Shown: piece by piece, positions 23,201 through 39,200 of the stretch
Layout: the number at the start of each line of letters is the position of its first letter
Numbering within the stretch: position 1 is the stretch's first letter
DNA from: Eledone cirrhosa
Taxonomy: Eukaryota
Direction: 5' to 3'
Length of the DNA stretch: 64,000 bases
Assembly (NCBI GenBank): GCA_964016885.1
Contig: OZ024765.1
Location: 18,414,001 to 18,478,000, forward strand
The notes under the pieces: generated by a model
What the model was told of the DNA's origin: nothing
The model's input: the letters and a program-made list of their open reading frames with translations, nothing else
Database searches by the model: none
Made by a program: the position numbers and the translations under genes

Positions 23201-26200
23201 GTGTTTTAGACCTCTCGACATTTATCTAGGCAAAGGAATGTTTTATTATTCCTATCATCTGAATTCCTTTTTTTTCTTCAACATGTTTAGCCATCTTTAA
23301 AATCATATTCATACATATTCACAATTCCTCGTGGAGGGGTATAAGAGACATGTATAAATATAGCTGCATATTACTACAAAATAACTTGAACCATATCGCG
23401 AAACATTTTGTAAAGTATCTCTGTAATTATTCTCATTTCGATTTTCTGTAGAATGTATTGACGTTTAAGATAGAGACAATTGCCCTTCTTCTAATAATCT
23501 CTTTGTCCATTCCATGTTTTAGTCTCACAAAATATTGTTAATGCAAGATTTTGCTCTAATGTAATAAATGTTACTTTTAAAAGAGCGAAGTTCTCAATTT
23601 TCTTCTTTCTCTTGTATATTGATATCTAAAGGATGACAAATGTATGAATTATGTGATAGGGAGGAAAAAAGCCACGACCTTCTTCTCTCGTTACAGAATG
23701 CTAACTGACAACGTCTTTCGCAGGAGTGACTAGTACTACTGCCTTTTATATACCGTGACAACTGGAAAGACGTGACAAATAAGGATACACTCTGCTCTCC
23801 TTATCAACATTGTCCGAGTCTGAGGACCTTTCCTCCCTGGTTAAGGAGTGAGATAAAATATTAGGGATCAATCTCTAGCAATAATTTCATTAAATCATAT
23901 TTAACCAGAGACTGTTATGTTGTGGTTGTTGCTATATTTTATAGTCGTGGTTTCAATGTTTAACAGGGGTTGTAGAATTAGCTTTATCTAATTATTATCA
24001 AACAAAACAGATTTATATATTGTCGCCGTTGTACGTTAAAATCACATATATATTTATATACACACTAAGGATGGAGGGACGACGGAATTGAAAACCATTA
24101 TTGCTGAGTACATCACGGCAAGATCTAATACACACACACACACACACACACTCCCGTATATATTTAATAATCAGCTATGACCATGAAAAAGGTCCCTGTA
24201 GATCATCTGGTTGTAGGATCTAATGAACCCGAAAGAAAGTGAAAATATATTTTATGAAAGCCCCAGAAGAATAAATGTAAACATTGACCCGATTATAGTA
24301 GAAATAAGAATGAGAAAGCCATGAACGCCAGCACATCTATTTTGCTTGGAAATTAAAAGTAGGTTTATAAATATTAATTTTTTCTTATGTTCTTGTATCT
24401 GTTTGGTAGGTGTTAGAGACTATGTAGACACTGATGTGGTGTTCAATCTCAGTCCGAATCTGTACTATATATTTTTAAATTTAAATTTTTCTCTAGTAAA
24501 GTAAAAAATGAAATTATTATCTATAGACTTTGACTGAAATCGAAACCCAGAGCAGATTCTTCACCGTCTCTAATACCTACAATTAGGCCACGGAGACAGA
24601 TATAAAAACAGTGTGAAAATTAATATTTATAAAGTTACTTTTTTATTTTTGTTTTATACTATAAAAAATATAATACGACACACTGCCAGTGATTGAACCC
24701 AGGACATGAACATCCACCGGCTCTTATACTTACCACTAGGCTAAAGGGACGATTACAGAAACTTACTTAAAAATTGATATTTATAAACCTACTTTTTCAT
24801 TACTAGAAAAAACCGGAAGTGGAGAAAATTGAAAAACATCTTCTTTTTCTTCCTCTGATTTTTTTTTATCCAAAATTTGGATTTAAGTCAGAGACGAGTT
24901 ATCGTTCGTGGCAAAAATCAGAGGAAGAAAAAGAAGAAGTTTTTCAATTTTCTCCACTTCCGGTTTTTTCTAGTATAGGTAAGTAAATATTAATTTTCAA
25001 AAAATTTTTGTAACCGTCCCTGTGGCCTAATGGTAAGCACTAGAGACGGTGGAGATCCTGATTTAGGGTTCGATTTCCGTTAGGTTTTATACTATTAACT
25101 GCGTATTTGTTTCTTTTATTTAAGTAAGATTTGAACTAATAATGCTGTACTTTGTAGTAATGTCCCATATTATATTCAACATATTTTAATTAAAATTTAT
25201 TTTTTTTATAAAAGAAAGAACAAAAAACCTTATTGAAATTAAGAAATGAATTTTATTCAGTAAAGTTGTTTTTATTTTGTTTTCACTTCATTAACTGCTG
25301 AATACGTCTTTTGTTTTTGTTTTTGATTCTTTCTAACCATTGTTTACTGTGAATGGTGACTGCAACGAACCTGGATTATTACCAAGTTTCACTGGATGAT
25401 TGTATTATTTTGTTGTCAGTGGACATCTGGACATCTATCTAAATACCTGGAATAAACACAAGGTGTATGTTTTACGTAACATTTCATTTTAATGTCTGAT
25501 GTTCCTGTATTTCACATTTAAAATGTAACCAAAAATAAACAAGACAGGGACGCTACATCAAAATAAACCACACAGACGAGGTACGAATAATCTAAAATTA
25601 ATTTTAACAAACTATAAACGATGTTTAAAGAGAGACGAACATTAAAATAGGATTTCAAACAAACACGTAAACACAAAGACAATTACAGCCGCCATAATCT
25701 AATATCTGAAGATCAACATTTTTCACGATAGAAATAAAACTAAATATGTAAAGTTTAGTGGCCCCTGATTTACTTGCTTTTAATTTCATTTTGATAATCT
25801 GTATTCTGTAGACATATATTTATGATTTTAATGATGAAATTTCCTCTTGTCTTTAAAAGATTATTACTTATAAAAATTATAATAGTCACCTCCTCCTCTC
25901 GATTAATATGTAGCTTACCCACAGGGGTTCCTCAACTGGGCGGTTTCAACTGTTGGGTGCGCGATGAGCAGCTGAACAGAAAATTGAGGGCCATTGGAAA
26001 CTTTGGTGGCCGATATAGAATTTTGAGATTTAAGAAGGTATGCTACCCGAAAACCTATTCAAGGAATATATGTAAAGAACCTGAATAAAAATCAGGAAGC
26101 TAATTGGGAAAATTAAACCAGGAACAAACATTTACGAAACATATTTGGTATACTTTGAAATATTTACTATACAGGTGACTGGTGGAACATTTTTTCATGT

Positions 26201-29200
26201 GAATGTGGGAAATGACGCCAAAATATTTGGCAACCCTTGGCTCACAACTTACTAAATGTTCTGGAGACAAGCCTCTTCGCTATATATCATAGTTCTTCAA
26301 TCCTTCATCTTCCACAGTTGGTGAAGTATTTCGATTTGATATGACGATCGCAGAGTTAGATTTAGGACGTGGTGGCGTTCATGGGTTTCTTAGTGTTGTT
26401 ACTAGAAAGGGTCGACTCTGTCTTTCACACTTCAGGTTTTTTCATGAATTAAATATCCATTTTCTTTCTGATCGGTCTAACAATGATTTGAACCTACAAT
26501 GACTCCGTCTGTAATAATGTTCTCTTATTTGAAATATGCCATACCTAACTCCCGTGTCTGTGTGTGTGAAAAATATTCCAACTTAGAGCGACGTGCCCGT
26601 AAATTGTTTAGCCTGATTCCTATATATAGATAATGTGTAATATTTGAACCTTCATGGAGGGTCTTTGCCGTAATTTCCCGTAACTCCGACTAGAAGTCAT
26701 TATGTAGTTTTTTCGTCCGTTAAAAATAATGATTAAAACAATTCTATATCCAGAGTTATATACACCCCTTCATCACATATTATATTATTTCCACCAATAA
26801 CTACATTATATCCTTAAATATGACACCAAGACATATAATTTGTAAATAAAAGATGAAATATTAAAACCTCAATTTTTAAATAATTTTACCCCACCTTTGT
26901 GTTCTCAGTGTTTAGATTAACCCATAATTTTATGATTTTGGAGCATATAACTTATAGTACCAGTCATGTACTGGGATCAATTTAACGGATTGGTTCCTCC
27001 CCGCAAATTACTTGACATTTGCCTAAGTAAGACATACTCACAGAATGTATCGATGTATATGTATGAATGTATATATATATTAGTATATTTTATGTTTACA
27101 ATAAAAATAGACAAACAATTTAATGATAATATGAAATGAAATTATTATTATTTATTAATAATATTTTTATTGTTTTCACTGCATTAACTTCTGAGTGTGA
27201 CTTTGTTTTTCTTACTATTTTCTACTGTAAATGGCGGCTTAATTGGATTATTACTAAGGTTTACTGGATTGTGGTGTTTCTTTATTGTTTTATATTTCAA
27301 TCAGTGGACATCAGGATAGCTTTCTATATACCTGGGATAAATGTAAAGAGTACTGACTTTCATCTGCAGTTCAATGGTGATGTCTTCTTATATTTTCATT
27401 TACTTCTGCAATACTGTATATTGTAGTCTTTTCATTATTTTAAATATTTCTATCATGTCACTCGTTTGATATATCTCCCCGAAAGATATAGTTATTCAGA
27501 GCTTTACATTGGAATAGTGTACTACTATTTAAATATTAGTCCTTTAAATATATATTTCTATCATGTCCCCCCCCCCCACCCCCCCACCCTCTTAGGTTTA
27601 TCTCCTCTAAATTTGCAATCCCTAAAGTTTAACATCTTTCTTCAGAAGACAGATTTCTTAATAATTCTGGTGTTTTCTGTTTTGTTCTTTTCTGGATTCC
27701 TTCAATAGCTTCTCCGTATTTTCTGAAGTCGTCTGACCATGCCCCAAAACAATATTCTAGGTCGTATCACACATATCATTCAACTAGTGTTTTAGACCTC
27801 TCGACATTTAGCTAGGCAAAGGAATGTTTTATTATTCCTATCATCTGAATTCCTTTTTTTTCTTCAACATGTTTAGCCATCTTTAAAATCATATTCATAC
27901 ATATTCACAATTCCTCGTGGAGGGGTATAAGAGACATGTATAAATATAGCTGCATATTACTACAAAATAACTTGAACCATATCGCGAAACATTTTGTAAA
28001 GTATCTCTGTAATTATTCTCATTTCGATTTTCTGTAGAATGTATTGACGTTTAAGATAGAGACAATTGCCCTTCTTCTAATAATCTCTTTGTCCATTCCA
28101 TGTTTTAGTCTCACAAAATATTGTTAATGCAAGATTTTGCTCTAATGTAATAAATGTTACTTTTAAAAGAGCGAAGTTCTCAATTTTCTTCTTTCTCTTG
28201 TATATTGATATCTAAAGGATGACAAATGTATGAATTATGTGATAGGGAGGAAAAAAGCCACGACCTTCTTCTCTCGTTACAGAATGCTAACTGACAACGT
28301 CTTTCGCAGGAGTGACTAGTACTACTGCCTTTTATATACCGTGACAACTGGAAAGACGTGACAAATAAGGATACACTCTGCTCTCCTTATCAACATTGTC
28401 CGAGTCTGAGGACCTTTCCTCCCTGGTTAAGGAGTGAGATAAAATATTAGGGATCAATCTCTAGCAATAATTTCATTAAATCATATTTAACCAGAGACTG
28501 TTATGTTGTGGTTGTTGCTATATTTTATAGTCGTGGTTTCAATGTTTAACAGGGGTTGTAGAATTAGCTTTATCTAATTATTATCAAACAAAACAGATTT
28601 ATATATTGTCGCCGTTGTACGTTAAAATCACATATATATTTATATACACACTAAGGATGGAGGGACGACGGAATTGAAAACCATTATTGCTGAGTACATC
28701 ACGGCAAGATCTAATACACACACACACACACACTCTCCCGTATATATTTAATAATCAGCTATGACCATGAAGAAGGTCCCTGTAGATCATCTGGTTGTAG
28801 GATCTAATGAACCCGAAAGAAAGTGAAAATATATTTTATGAAAGCCCCAGAAGAATAAATGTAAACATTGACCCGATTATAGTAGAAATAAGAATGAGAA
28901 AGCCATGAACGCCAGCACATCTATTTTGCTTGGAAATTAAAAGTAGGTTTATAAATATTAATTTTTTCTTATGTTCTTGGATCTGTTTGGTAGGTGTTAG
29001 AGACTATGTAGACACTGATGTGGTGTTCAATCTCAGTCCGAATCTGTACTATATATTTTTAAATTTAAATTTTTCTCTAGTAAAGTAAAAAATGAAATTA
29101 TTATCTATAGACTTTGACTGAAATCGAAACCCAGAGCAGATTCTTCACCGTCTCTAATACCTACAATTAGGCCACGGAGACAGATATAAAAACAGTGTGA

Positions 29201-29779
29201 AAATTAATATTTATAAAGTTACTTTTTTATTTTTGTTTTATACTATAAAAAATATAATACGACACACTGCCAGTGATTGAACCCAGGACATGAACATCCA
29301 CCGGCTCTTATACTTACCACTAGGCTAAAGGGACGATTACAGAAACTTACTTAAAAATTGATATTTATAAACCTACTTTTTCATTACTAGAAAAAACCGG
29401 AAGTGGAGAAAATTGAAAAACATCTTCTTTTTCTTCCTCTGATTTTTTTTTATCCAAAATTTGGATTTAAGTCAGAGACGAGTTATCGTTCGTGGCAAAA
29501 ATCAGAGGAAGAAAAAGAAGAAGTTTTTCAATTTTCTCCACTTCCGGTTTTTTCTAGTATAGGTAAGTAAATATTAATTTTCAAAAAATTTTTGTAACCG
29601 TCCCTGTGGCCTAATGGTAAGCACTAGAGACGGTGGAGATCCTGATTTAGGGTTCGATTTCCGTTAGGTTTTATACTATTAACTGCGTATTTGTTTCTTT
29701 TATTTAAGTAAGATTTGAACTAATAATGCTGTACTTTGTAGTAATGTCCCATATTATATTCAACATATTTTAATTAAAA

Positions 29780-32700
29780 TTTGTTTTTTTTATAAAAGAA
29801 AGAACAAAAAACCTTATTGAAATTAAGAAATGAATTTTATTCAGTAAAGTTGTTTTTATTTTGTTTTCACTTCATTAACTGCTGAATACGTCTTTTGTTT
29901 TTGTTTTTGATTCTTTCGAACCATTGTTTACTGTTTAATGGTGACTGCAACGAACCTGGATTATTACCAAGTTTCACTGGATCATTGTATTATTTTGTCG
30001 TCAGTGGACATCTATCTAAACAAGGTGTGTGTTTTACGTAACATTTCATTTTAATGTCTGATGTTCCTGTATATCACATTTAAAATGTAACCAATAAACA
30101 AGACAGGGACGCTACATCAAAAGAAACCACACAGACGAGGTATGAATAATCTAAAATTAATTTTAACAAACTATAAACGATGTTTAAAGAGAGACAAACA
30201 TTAAAATAGGATTTCAAACAAACACGTAAACACAAAGACAATTACAGCCGCCATAATCTAATATCTGAAGATCAACATTTTTCACGATAGAAATAAAACT
30301 AAATATGTAAAGCTTAGTGTCCCCTGATTTACTTGCTTTTAATTTCATTTTGATAATCTGTATTCTGTAGACATATATTTATGATTTTAATGATGAAATT
30401 TCCTCTTGTCTTTAAAAGATTATTACTTATAAAAAATTATAATAGTCACCTCCTACTCTGGATTAATATATAGCATCATTCGAGGTAGCTTACCCACAGG
30501 GGTTCCTCAACTGAGCGATTTCAGCTGTTGGGTGCGCGATGAGCAGCTGAACAGAAAATTGAGGGCCATTGGAAACTCTGGTGACCGATATAGAATTTTG
30601 AGATTTAAGAAGGTATGCTACCCGAAAACCTATTCAAGGAATATATGCAAAGAACCTGAATAAAAATCAGGAAGCTAATTGGGAAAATTAAACCAGGAAC
30701 AAACATTTACGAAACATATTTGGTATACTTTGGAATATTTACTATACAGGTGGCTGGTGGAACATTTTTTCATGTGAATGTGGGAAATGACGCCAAAATA
30801 TTTGGCAACCCTTGGCTTACACCTTACTAAATGTTCTGGAGACAAGCCTCTTCGCTATATATCATAGTTCTTAAATCCTTCATCTTCCACAGTTGGTGAA
30901 GTATTTCGATTTGATATGACGATCGCAGAGTTAGATTTAGGACGTGGTGGCGTTCATGGGTTTCTTAGTGTTGTTACTAGAAAGGGTCGACTCTGTCTTT
31001 CACACTTCAGGTTTTTTCATGAATTAAATATCCATTTTCTTTCTGATCGGTCTAACAATGATTTGAACCTACAATGACTCCGTCTGTAATAATGTTCTCT
31101 TATTTGAAATATGCCATACCTAACTCCCGTGTCTGTGTGTGTGAAAAATATTCCAACTTAGAGCGACGTGCCCGTAAATTGTTTAGCCTGATTCCTATAT
31201 ATAGATAATGTGTAATATTTGAACCTTCATGGAGGGTCTTTGCCGTAATTTCCCGTAACTCCGACTAGAAGTCATTATGTAGTTTTTTCGTCCGTTAAAA
31301 ATAATGATTAAAACAATTCTATATCCACAGTTATATACACCTCTTCATCACATATTATATTATTTCCACCAATAACTACATTATATCCTTAAATATGACA
31401 CCAAGACATATAATTTGTAAATAAAAGATGAAATATTAAAACCTCAATTTTTAAATAATTTTACCCCACCTTTGGGTTCTCAGTGTTTAGATTAACCCAT
31501 AATTTTATGATTTTGGAGCATATAACATAGTACCAGTCATGTACTGGGATCAATTTAACGGATTGGTTCCTCCCCACAAATTACTTGACTTTTGCCTAAG
31601 TAAGACATACTCACAGAATGTATCGATGTATATGTATGAATGTATATATATATTAGTATATTTTATGTTTACAATAAAAATAGACAAACAATTTAATGAT
31701 AATATGAAATGAAATTATTATTATTTATTAATAATATTTTTATTGTTTTCACTGCATTAACTTCTGAGTGTGACTTTGTTTTTCTTACTATTTTCTACTG
31801 TAAATGGCGGCTTAATTGGATTATTACTAAGGTTTACTGGATTGTGGTGTTTCTTTATTGTTTTATATTTCAATCAGTGGACATCAGGATAGCTTTCTAT
31901 ATACCTGGGATAAATGTAAAGAGTACTGACTTTCATCTGCAGTTCAATGGTGATGTCTTCTTATATTTTCATTTACTTCTGCAATACTGTATATTGTAGT
32001 CTTTTCATTATTTTAAATATTTCTATCATGTCACTCGTTTGATATATCTCCCCGAAAGATATAGTTATTCAGAGCTTTACATTGGAATAGTGTACTACTA
32101 TTTAAATATTAGTCCTTTAAATATATATTTCTATCATGTCCCCCCCCCCCCCCCCTCTTAGATTTATCTCCTCTAAATTTGCAATCCCTAAAGTTTAACA
32201 TCTTTCTTCAGAAGACAGATTTCTTAATAATTCTGGTGTTTTCTGTTTTGTTCTTTTCTGGATTCCTTCAATAGCTTCTCCGTATTTTCTGAAGTCGTCT
32301 GACCATGCCCCAAAACAATATTCTAGGTCGTATCACACATATCATTCAACTAGTGTTTTAGACCTCTCGACATTTAGCTAGGCAAAGGAATGTTTTATTA
32401 TTCCTATCATCTGAATTCCTTTTTTTTCTTCAACATGTTTAGCCATCTTTAAAATCATATTCATACATATTCACAATTCCTCGTGGAGGGGTATAAGAGA
32501 CATGTATAAATATAGCTGCATATTACTACAAAATAACTTGAACCATATCGCGAAACATTTTGTAAAGTATCTCTGTAATTATTCTCATTTCGATTTTCTG
32601 TAGAATGTATTGACGTTTAAGATAGAGACAATTGCCCTTCTTCTAATAATCTCTTTGTCCATTCCATGTTTTAGTCTCACAAAATATTGTTAATGCAAGA

Positions 32701-35700
32701 TTTTGCTCTAATGTAATAAATGTTACTTTTAAAAGAGCGAAGTTCTCAATTTTCTTCTTTCTCTTGTATATTGATATCTAAAGGATGACAAATGTATGAA
32801 TTATGTGATAGGGAGGAAAAAAGCCACGACCTTCTTCTCTCGTTACAGAAGGCTAACTGACAACGTCTTTCGCAGGAGTGACTAGTACTACTGTCTTTTA
32901 TATACCGTGACAACTGGAAAGATGTGACAAATAAGGATACACTCTGCTCTCCTTATCAACATTGTCCGAGTCTGAGGACCTTTCCTCCCTGGTTAAGGAA
33001 TGAGATAAAATATTAGGGATCAATCTCTAGCAATAATTTCATTAAATCATATTTAACCAGAGACTGTTATGTCGTGGTTGTTGCTATATTTTATAGTCGT
33101 GGTTTCAATGTTTAACAGGGTTGTAGAATTAGCTTTATCTAATTATTATCAAACAAAACAGATTTATATATTGTCGCCGTTGTACGTTAAAATCACATAT
33201 ATATTTATATACACACCAAGGATGGAGGGACGACGGAATTGAAAACCATTATTGCTGAGTACATCACGGCAAGATCTAATACACACACACTCTCCCGTAT
33301 ATATTTAATAATCAGCTATGACTATGAAGAAGGTCCCTGTAGATCATCTGGTTGTAGGATCTAATGAACCCGAAAGAAAGTGAAAATATATTTTATGAAA
33401 GCCCCAGAAGAATAAATGTAAACATTGACCCGATTATAGTAGAAATAAGAATGAGAAAGCCATGAACGCCAGCACATCTATTTTGCTTGGAAATTAAAAG
33501 TAGGTTTATAAATATTAATTTTTTCTTATGTTCTTGTATCTGTTTGGTAGGTGTTAGAGACTATGTAGACACTGATGTGGTGCTCAATCTCAGTCCGAAT
33601 TTGTACTATATATTTTTAAATTTAAATTTTTCTCTAGTAAAGTAAAAAATGAAATTATTATCTATAGACTTTGACTGAAATAGAAACCCAGAGCAGGTTC
33701 TCCACCGTCTCTAATACCTACCATTAGGCCACGGAGACAGATATAAAAACAATGTGAAAATTAATATTTATAAAGTTACTTTTTTATTTTTGTTTTATAC
33801 TATAAAAAATATAATACGACACACTGCCAGTGATTGAACCCCGGACCTGGACCTCCACCGGCTCTTATACTTACCACTAGGCTAAAGGGACGGTTACAGA
33901 AACTTACTTAAAAATTGATATTTATAAACCTACTTTTTCATTACTAGAAAAAACCGGAAGTGGAGAAAATTGAAAAACATCTTCTTTTTCTTCCTCTGAT
34001 TTTTTTTTATCCAAAATTTGGATTTAAGTCAGAGACGAGTTATCGTTCGTGGCAAAAATCAGAGGAAGAAAAAGAAGAAGTTTTTCAATTTTCTCCACTT
34101 CCGGTTTTTTCTAGTATAGGTAAGTAAATATTAATTTAAAAAAAATTTTTGTAACCGTCCCTGTGGCCTAATGGTAAGCACTAGAGACGGTGGAGATCCT
34201 GATTTAGGGTTCGATTTTTGTTAGGTTTTATACTAATAACTGCGTATTTGTTTCTTTTATTTAAGTAAGATTTGAACTAATAATGCTGTACTTTGTAGTA
34301 ATGTCCCATATTATATTCAACATATTTTAATTAAAATTTATTTTTTTTATAAAAGAAAGAACAAAAAACCTTATTGAATTTAAGAAATGAATTTTATTCA
34401 GTAAAGTTGTTTTTATTTTGTTTTCACTTCATTAACTGCTGAATACGTCTTTTGTTTTTGTTTTTGATTCTTTCTAACCATTGTTTACTGTGAATGGTGA
34501 CTGCAACGAACCTGGATTATTACCAAGTTTCACTGGATGATTGTAATATTTTGTCGTCAGTGGACATCTGGACATCTATCTAAATACCTGGAATAAACAC
34601 AAGGTGTGTGTTTTACGTAACATTTCATTTTAATGTCTGATGTTCCTGTATTTCACATTTAAAATGTAACCAAAAATAAACAAGACAGGGACGCTACATC
34701 AAAATAAACCACACAGACGAGGTACGAATAATCTAAAATTAATTTTAACAAACTATAAACGATGTTTAAAGAGAGACGAACATTAAAATAGAATTTCAAA
34801 CAAACACGTAAACACAAAGACAATTACAGCCGCCATAATCTAATATCTGAAGATCAACATTTTTCACGATAGAAATAAAACTAAATATGTAAAGTTTAGT
34901 GGCCCCTGATTTACTTGCTTTTAATTTCATTTTGATAATCTGTATTCTGTAGACATATATTTATGATTTTAATGATGAAATTTCCTCTTGTCTTTAAAAG
35001 ATTATTACTTATAAAAATTATAATAGTCACCTCCTCCTCTCGATTAATATGTAGCTTGCCCACAGGGGTTCCTCAACTGGGCGGTTTCAACTGTTGGGTG
35101 CGCGATGAGCAGCTGAACAGAAAATTGAGGGCCATTGGAAACTTTGGTGGCCGATATAGAATTTTGAGATTTAAGAAGGTATGCTACCCGAAAACCTATT
35201 CAAGGAATATATGTAAAGAACCTGAATAAAAATCAGGAAGCTAATTGGGAAAATTAAACCAGGAACAAACATTTACGAAACATATTTGGTATACTTTGGA
35301 ATATTTACTATACAGGTGACTGGTGGAACATTTTTTCATGTGAATGTGGGAAATGACGCCAAAATATTTGGCAACCCTTGGCTCACAACTTACTAAATGT
35401 TCTGGAGACAAGCCTCTTCGCTATATATCATAGTTCTTCAATCCTTCATCTTCCACAGTTGGTGAAGTATTTCGATTTGATATGACGATCGCAGAGTTAG
35501 ATTTAGAACGTGGTGGCGTTCATGGGTTTCTTAGTGTTGTTACTAGAAAGGGTCGACTCTGTCTTTCACACTTCAGGTTTTTTCATGAATTAAATATCCA
35601 TTTTCTTTCTGATCGGTCTAACAATGATTTGAACCTACAATGACTCCGTCTGTAATAATGTTCTCTTATTTGAAATATGCCATACCTAACTCCCGTGTCT

Positions 35701-36230
35701 GTGTGTGTGAAAAATATTCCAACTTAGAGCGACGTGCCCGTAAATTGTTTAGCCTGATTCCTATATATTGATAATGTGTAATATTTGAACCTTCATGGAG
35801 GGTCTTTGCCGTAATTTCCCGTAACTCCGACTAGAAGTCATTATGTAGTTTTTTCGTCCGTTAAAAATAATGATTAAAACAATTCTATATCCAGAGTTAT
35901 ATACACCCCTTCATCACATATTATATTATTTCCACCAATAACTACATTATATCCTTAAATATGACACCAAGACATATAATTTGTAAATAAAAGATGAAAT
36001 ATTAAAACCTCAATTTTTAAATAATTTTACCCCGCCTTTGTGTTCTCAGTGTTTAGATTAACCCATAATTTTATGATTTTGGAGCATATAACTTATAGTA
36101 CCAGTCATGTACTGGGATCAATTTAACGGATTGGTTCCTCCCCGCAAATTACTTGACTTTTGCCTAAGTAAGACATACTCACAGAATGTATCGATGTATA
36201 TGTATGAATGTATATATATATATTAGTATA
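29780..36230. repeat. Divergent variant segment of the array (right part of unit 7 and most of unit 8)
   Basis: Cluster of private SNPs and indels: two deletions near 30010-30020, 15 extra bp near 30471-30486, a 3-bp deletion near 31527, (AC)5 at 33281, and several SNPs at 33580-33900. Confidence 0.9.
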
Positions 36231-39200
36231 TTTTATGTTTACAATAAAAATAGACAAACAATTTAATGATAATATGAAATGAAATTATTATTATTTATTA
36301 ATAATATTTTTATTGTTTTCACTGCATTAACTTCTGAGTGTGACTTTGTTTTTCTTACTATTTTCTACTGTAAATGGCGGCTTAATTGGATTATTACTAA
36401 GGTTTACTGGATTGTGGTGTTTCTTTATTGTTTTATATTTCAATCAGTGGACATCAGGATAGCTTTCTATATACCTGGGATAAATGTAAAGAGTACTGAC
36501 TTTCATCTGCAGTTCAATGGTGATGTCTTCTTATATTTTCATTTACTTCTGCAATACTGTATATTGTAGTCTTTTCATTATTTTAAATATTTCTATCATG
36601 TCACTCGTTTGATATATCTCCCCGAAAGATATAGTTATTCAGAGCTTTACATTGGAATAGTGTACTACTATTTAAATATTAGTCCTTTAAATATATATTT
36701 CTATCATGCCCCCCCCCCCCCTCTTAGATTTATCTCCTCTAAATTTGCAATCCCTAAAGTTTAACATCTTTCTTCAGAAGACAGATTTCTTAATAATTCT
36801 GGTGTTTTCTGTTTTGTTCTTTTCTGGATTCCTTCAATAGCTTCTCCGTATTTTCTGAAGTCGTCTGACCATGCCCCAAAACAATATTCTAGGTCGTATC
36901 ACACATATCATTCAACTAGTGTTTTAGACCTCTCGACATTTAGCTAGGCAAAGGAATGTTTTATTATTTCTATCATCTGAATTCCTTTTTTTTCTTCAAC
37001 ATGTTTAGCCATCTTTAAAATCATATTCATACATATTCACAATTCCTCGTGGAGGGGTATAAGAGACATGTATAAATATAGCTGCATATTACTACAAAAT
37101 AACTTGAACCATATCGCGAAACATTTTGTAAAGTATCTCTGTAATTATTCTCATTTCGATTTTCTGTAGAATGTATTGACGTTTAAGATAGAGACAATTG
37201 CCCTTCTTCTAATAATCTCTTTGTCCATTCCATGTTTTAGTCTCACAAAATATTGTTAATGCAAGATTTTGCTCTAATGTAATAAATGTTACTTTTAAAA
37301 GAGCGAAGTTCTCAATTTTCTTCTTTCTCTTGTATATTGATATCTAAAGGATGACAAATGTATGAATTATGTGATAGGGAGGAAAAAAGCCACGACCTTC
37401 TTCTCTCGTTACAGAATGCTAACTGACAACGTCTTTCGCAGGAGTGACTAGTACTACTGTCTTTTATATACCGTGACAACTGGAAAGACGTGACAAATAA
37501 GGATACACTCTGCTCTCCTTATCAACATTGTCCGAGTCTGAGGACCTTTCCTCCCTGGTTAAGGAGTGAGATAAAATATTAGGGATCAATCTCTAGCAAT
37601 AATTTCATTAAATCATATTTAACCAGAGACTGTTATGTTGTGGTTGTTGCTATATTTTATAGTCGTGGTTTCAATGTTTAACAGTGGTTGTAGAATTAGC
37701 TTTATCTAATTATTATCAAACAAAACAGATTTATATATTGTCGCCGTTGTACGTTAAAATCACATATATATTTATATACACACTAAGGATGGAGGGACGA
37801 CGGAATTGAAAACCATTATTGCTGAGTACATCACGGCAAGATCTAATACACACACACACACACACACACTCCCGTATATATTTAATAATCAGCTATGACC
37901 ATGAAAAAGGTCCCTGTAGATCATCTGGTTGTAGGATCTAATGAACCCGAAAGAAAGTGAAAATATATTTTATGAAAGCCCCAGAAGAAGAAATGTAAAC
38001 ATTGACCCGATTATAGTAGAAATAAGAATGAGAAAGCCATGAACGCCAGCACATCTATTTTGCTTGGAAATTAAAAGTAGGTTTATAAATATTAATTTTT
38101 TCTTATGTTCTTGTATCTGTTTGGTAGGTGTTAGAGACTATGTAGACACTGATGTGGTGTTCAATCTCAGTCCGAATCTGTACTATATATTTTTAAATTT
38201 AAATGTTTCTCTAGTAAAGTAAAAAATGAAATTATTATCTATAGACTTTGACTGAAATCGAAACCCAGAGCAGATTCTTCACCGTCTCTAATACCTACAA
38301 TTAGGCCACGGAGACAGATATAAAAACAGTGTGAAAATTAATATTTATAAAGTTACTTTTTTATTTTTGTTTTATACTATAAAAAATATAATACGACACA
38401 CTGCCAGTGATTGAACCCAGGACATGAACATCCACCGGCTCTTATACTTACCACTAGGCTAAAGGGACGATTACAGAAACTTACTTAAAAATTGATATTT
38501 ATAAACCTACTTTTTCATTACTAGAAAAAACCGGAAGTGGAGAAAATTGAAAAACATCTTCTTTTTCTTCCTCTGATTTTTTTTTATCCAAAATTTGGAT
38601 TTAAGTCAGAGACGAGTTATCGTTCGTGGCAAAAATCAGAGGAAGAAAAAGAAGAAGTTTTTCAATTTTCTCCACTTCCGGTTTTTTCTAGTATAGGTAA
38701 GTAAATATTAATTTTCAAAAAATTTTTGTAACCGTCCCTGTGGCCTAATGGTAAGCACTAGAGACGGTGGAGATCCTGATTTAGGGTTCGATTTCCGTTA
38801 GGTTTTATACTATTAACTGCGTATTTGTTTCTTTTATTTAAGTAAGATTTGAACTAATAATGCTGTACTTTGTAGTAATGTCCCATATTATATTCAACAT
38901 ATTTTAATTAAAATTTATTTTTTTTATAAAAGAAAGAACAAAAAACCTTATTGAAATTAAGAAATTAATTTTATTCAGTAAAGTTGTTTTTATTTTGTTT
39001 TCACTTCATTAACTGCTGAATACGTCTTTTGTTTTTGTTTTTGATTCTTTCTAACCATTGTTTACTGTGAATGGTGACTGCAACGAACCTGGATTATTAC
39101 CAAGTTTCACTGGATGATTGTATTATTTTGTTGTCAGTGGACATCTGGACATCTATCTAAATACCTGGAATAAACACAAGGTGTATGTTTTACGTAACAT

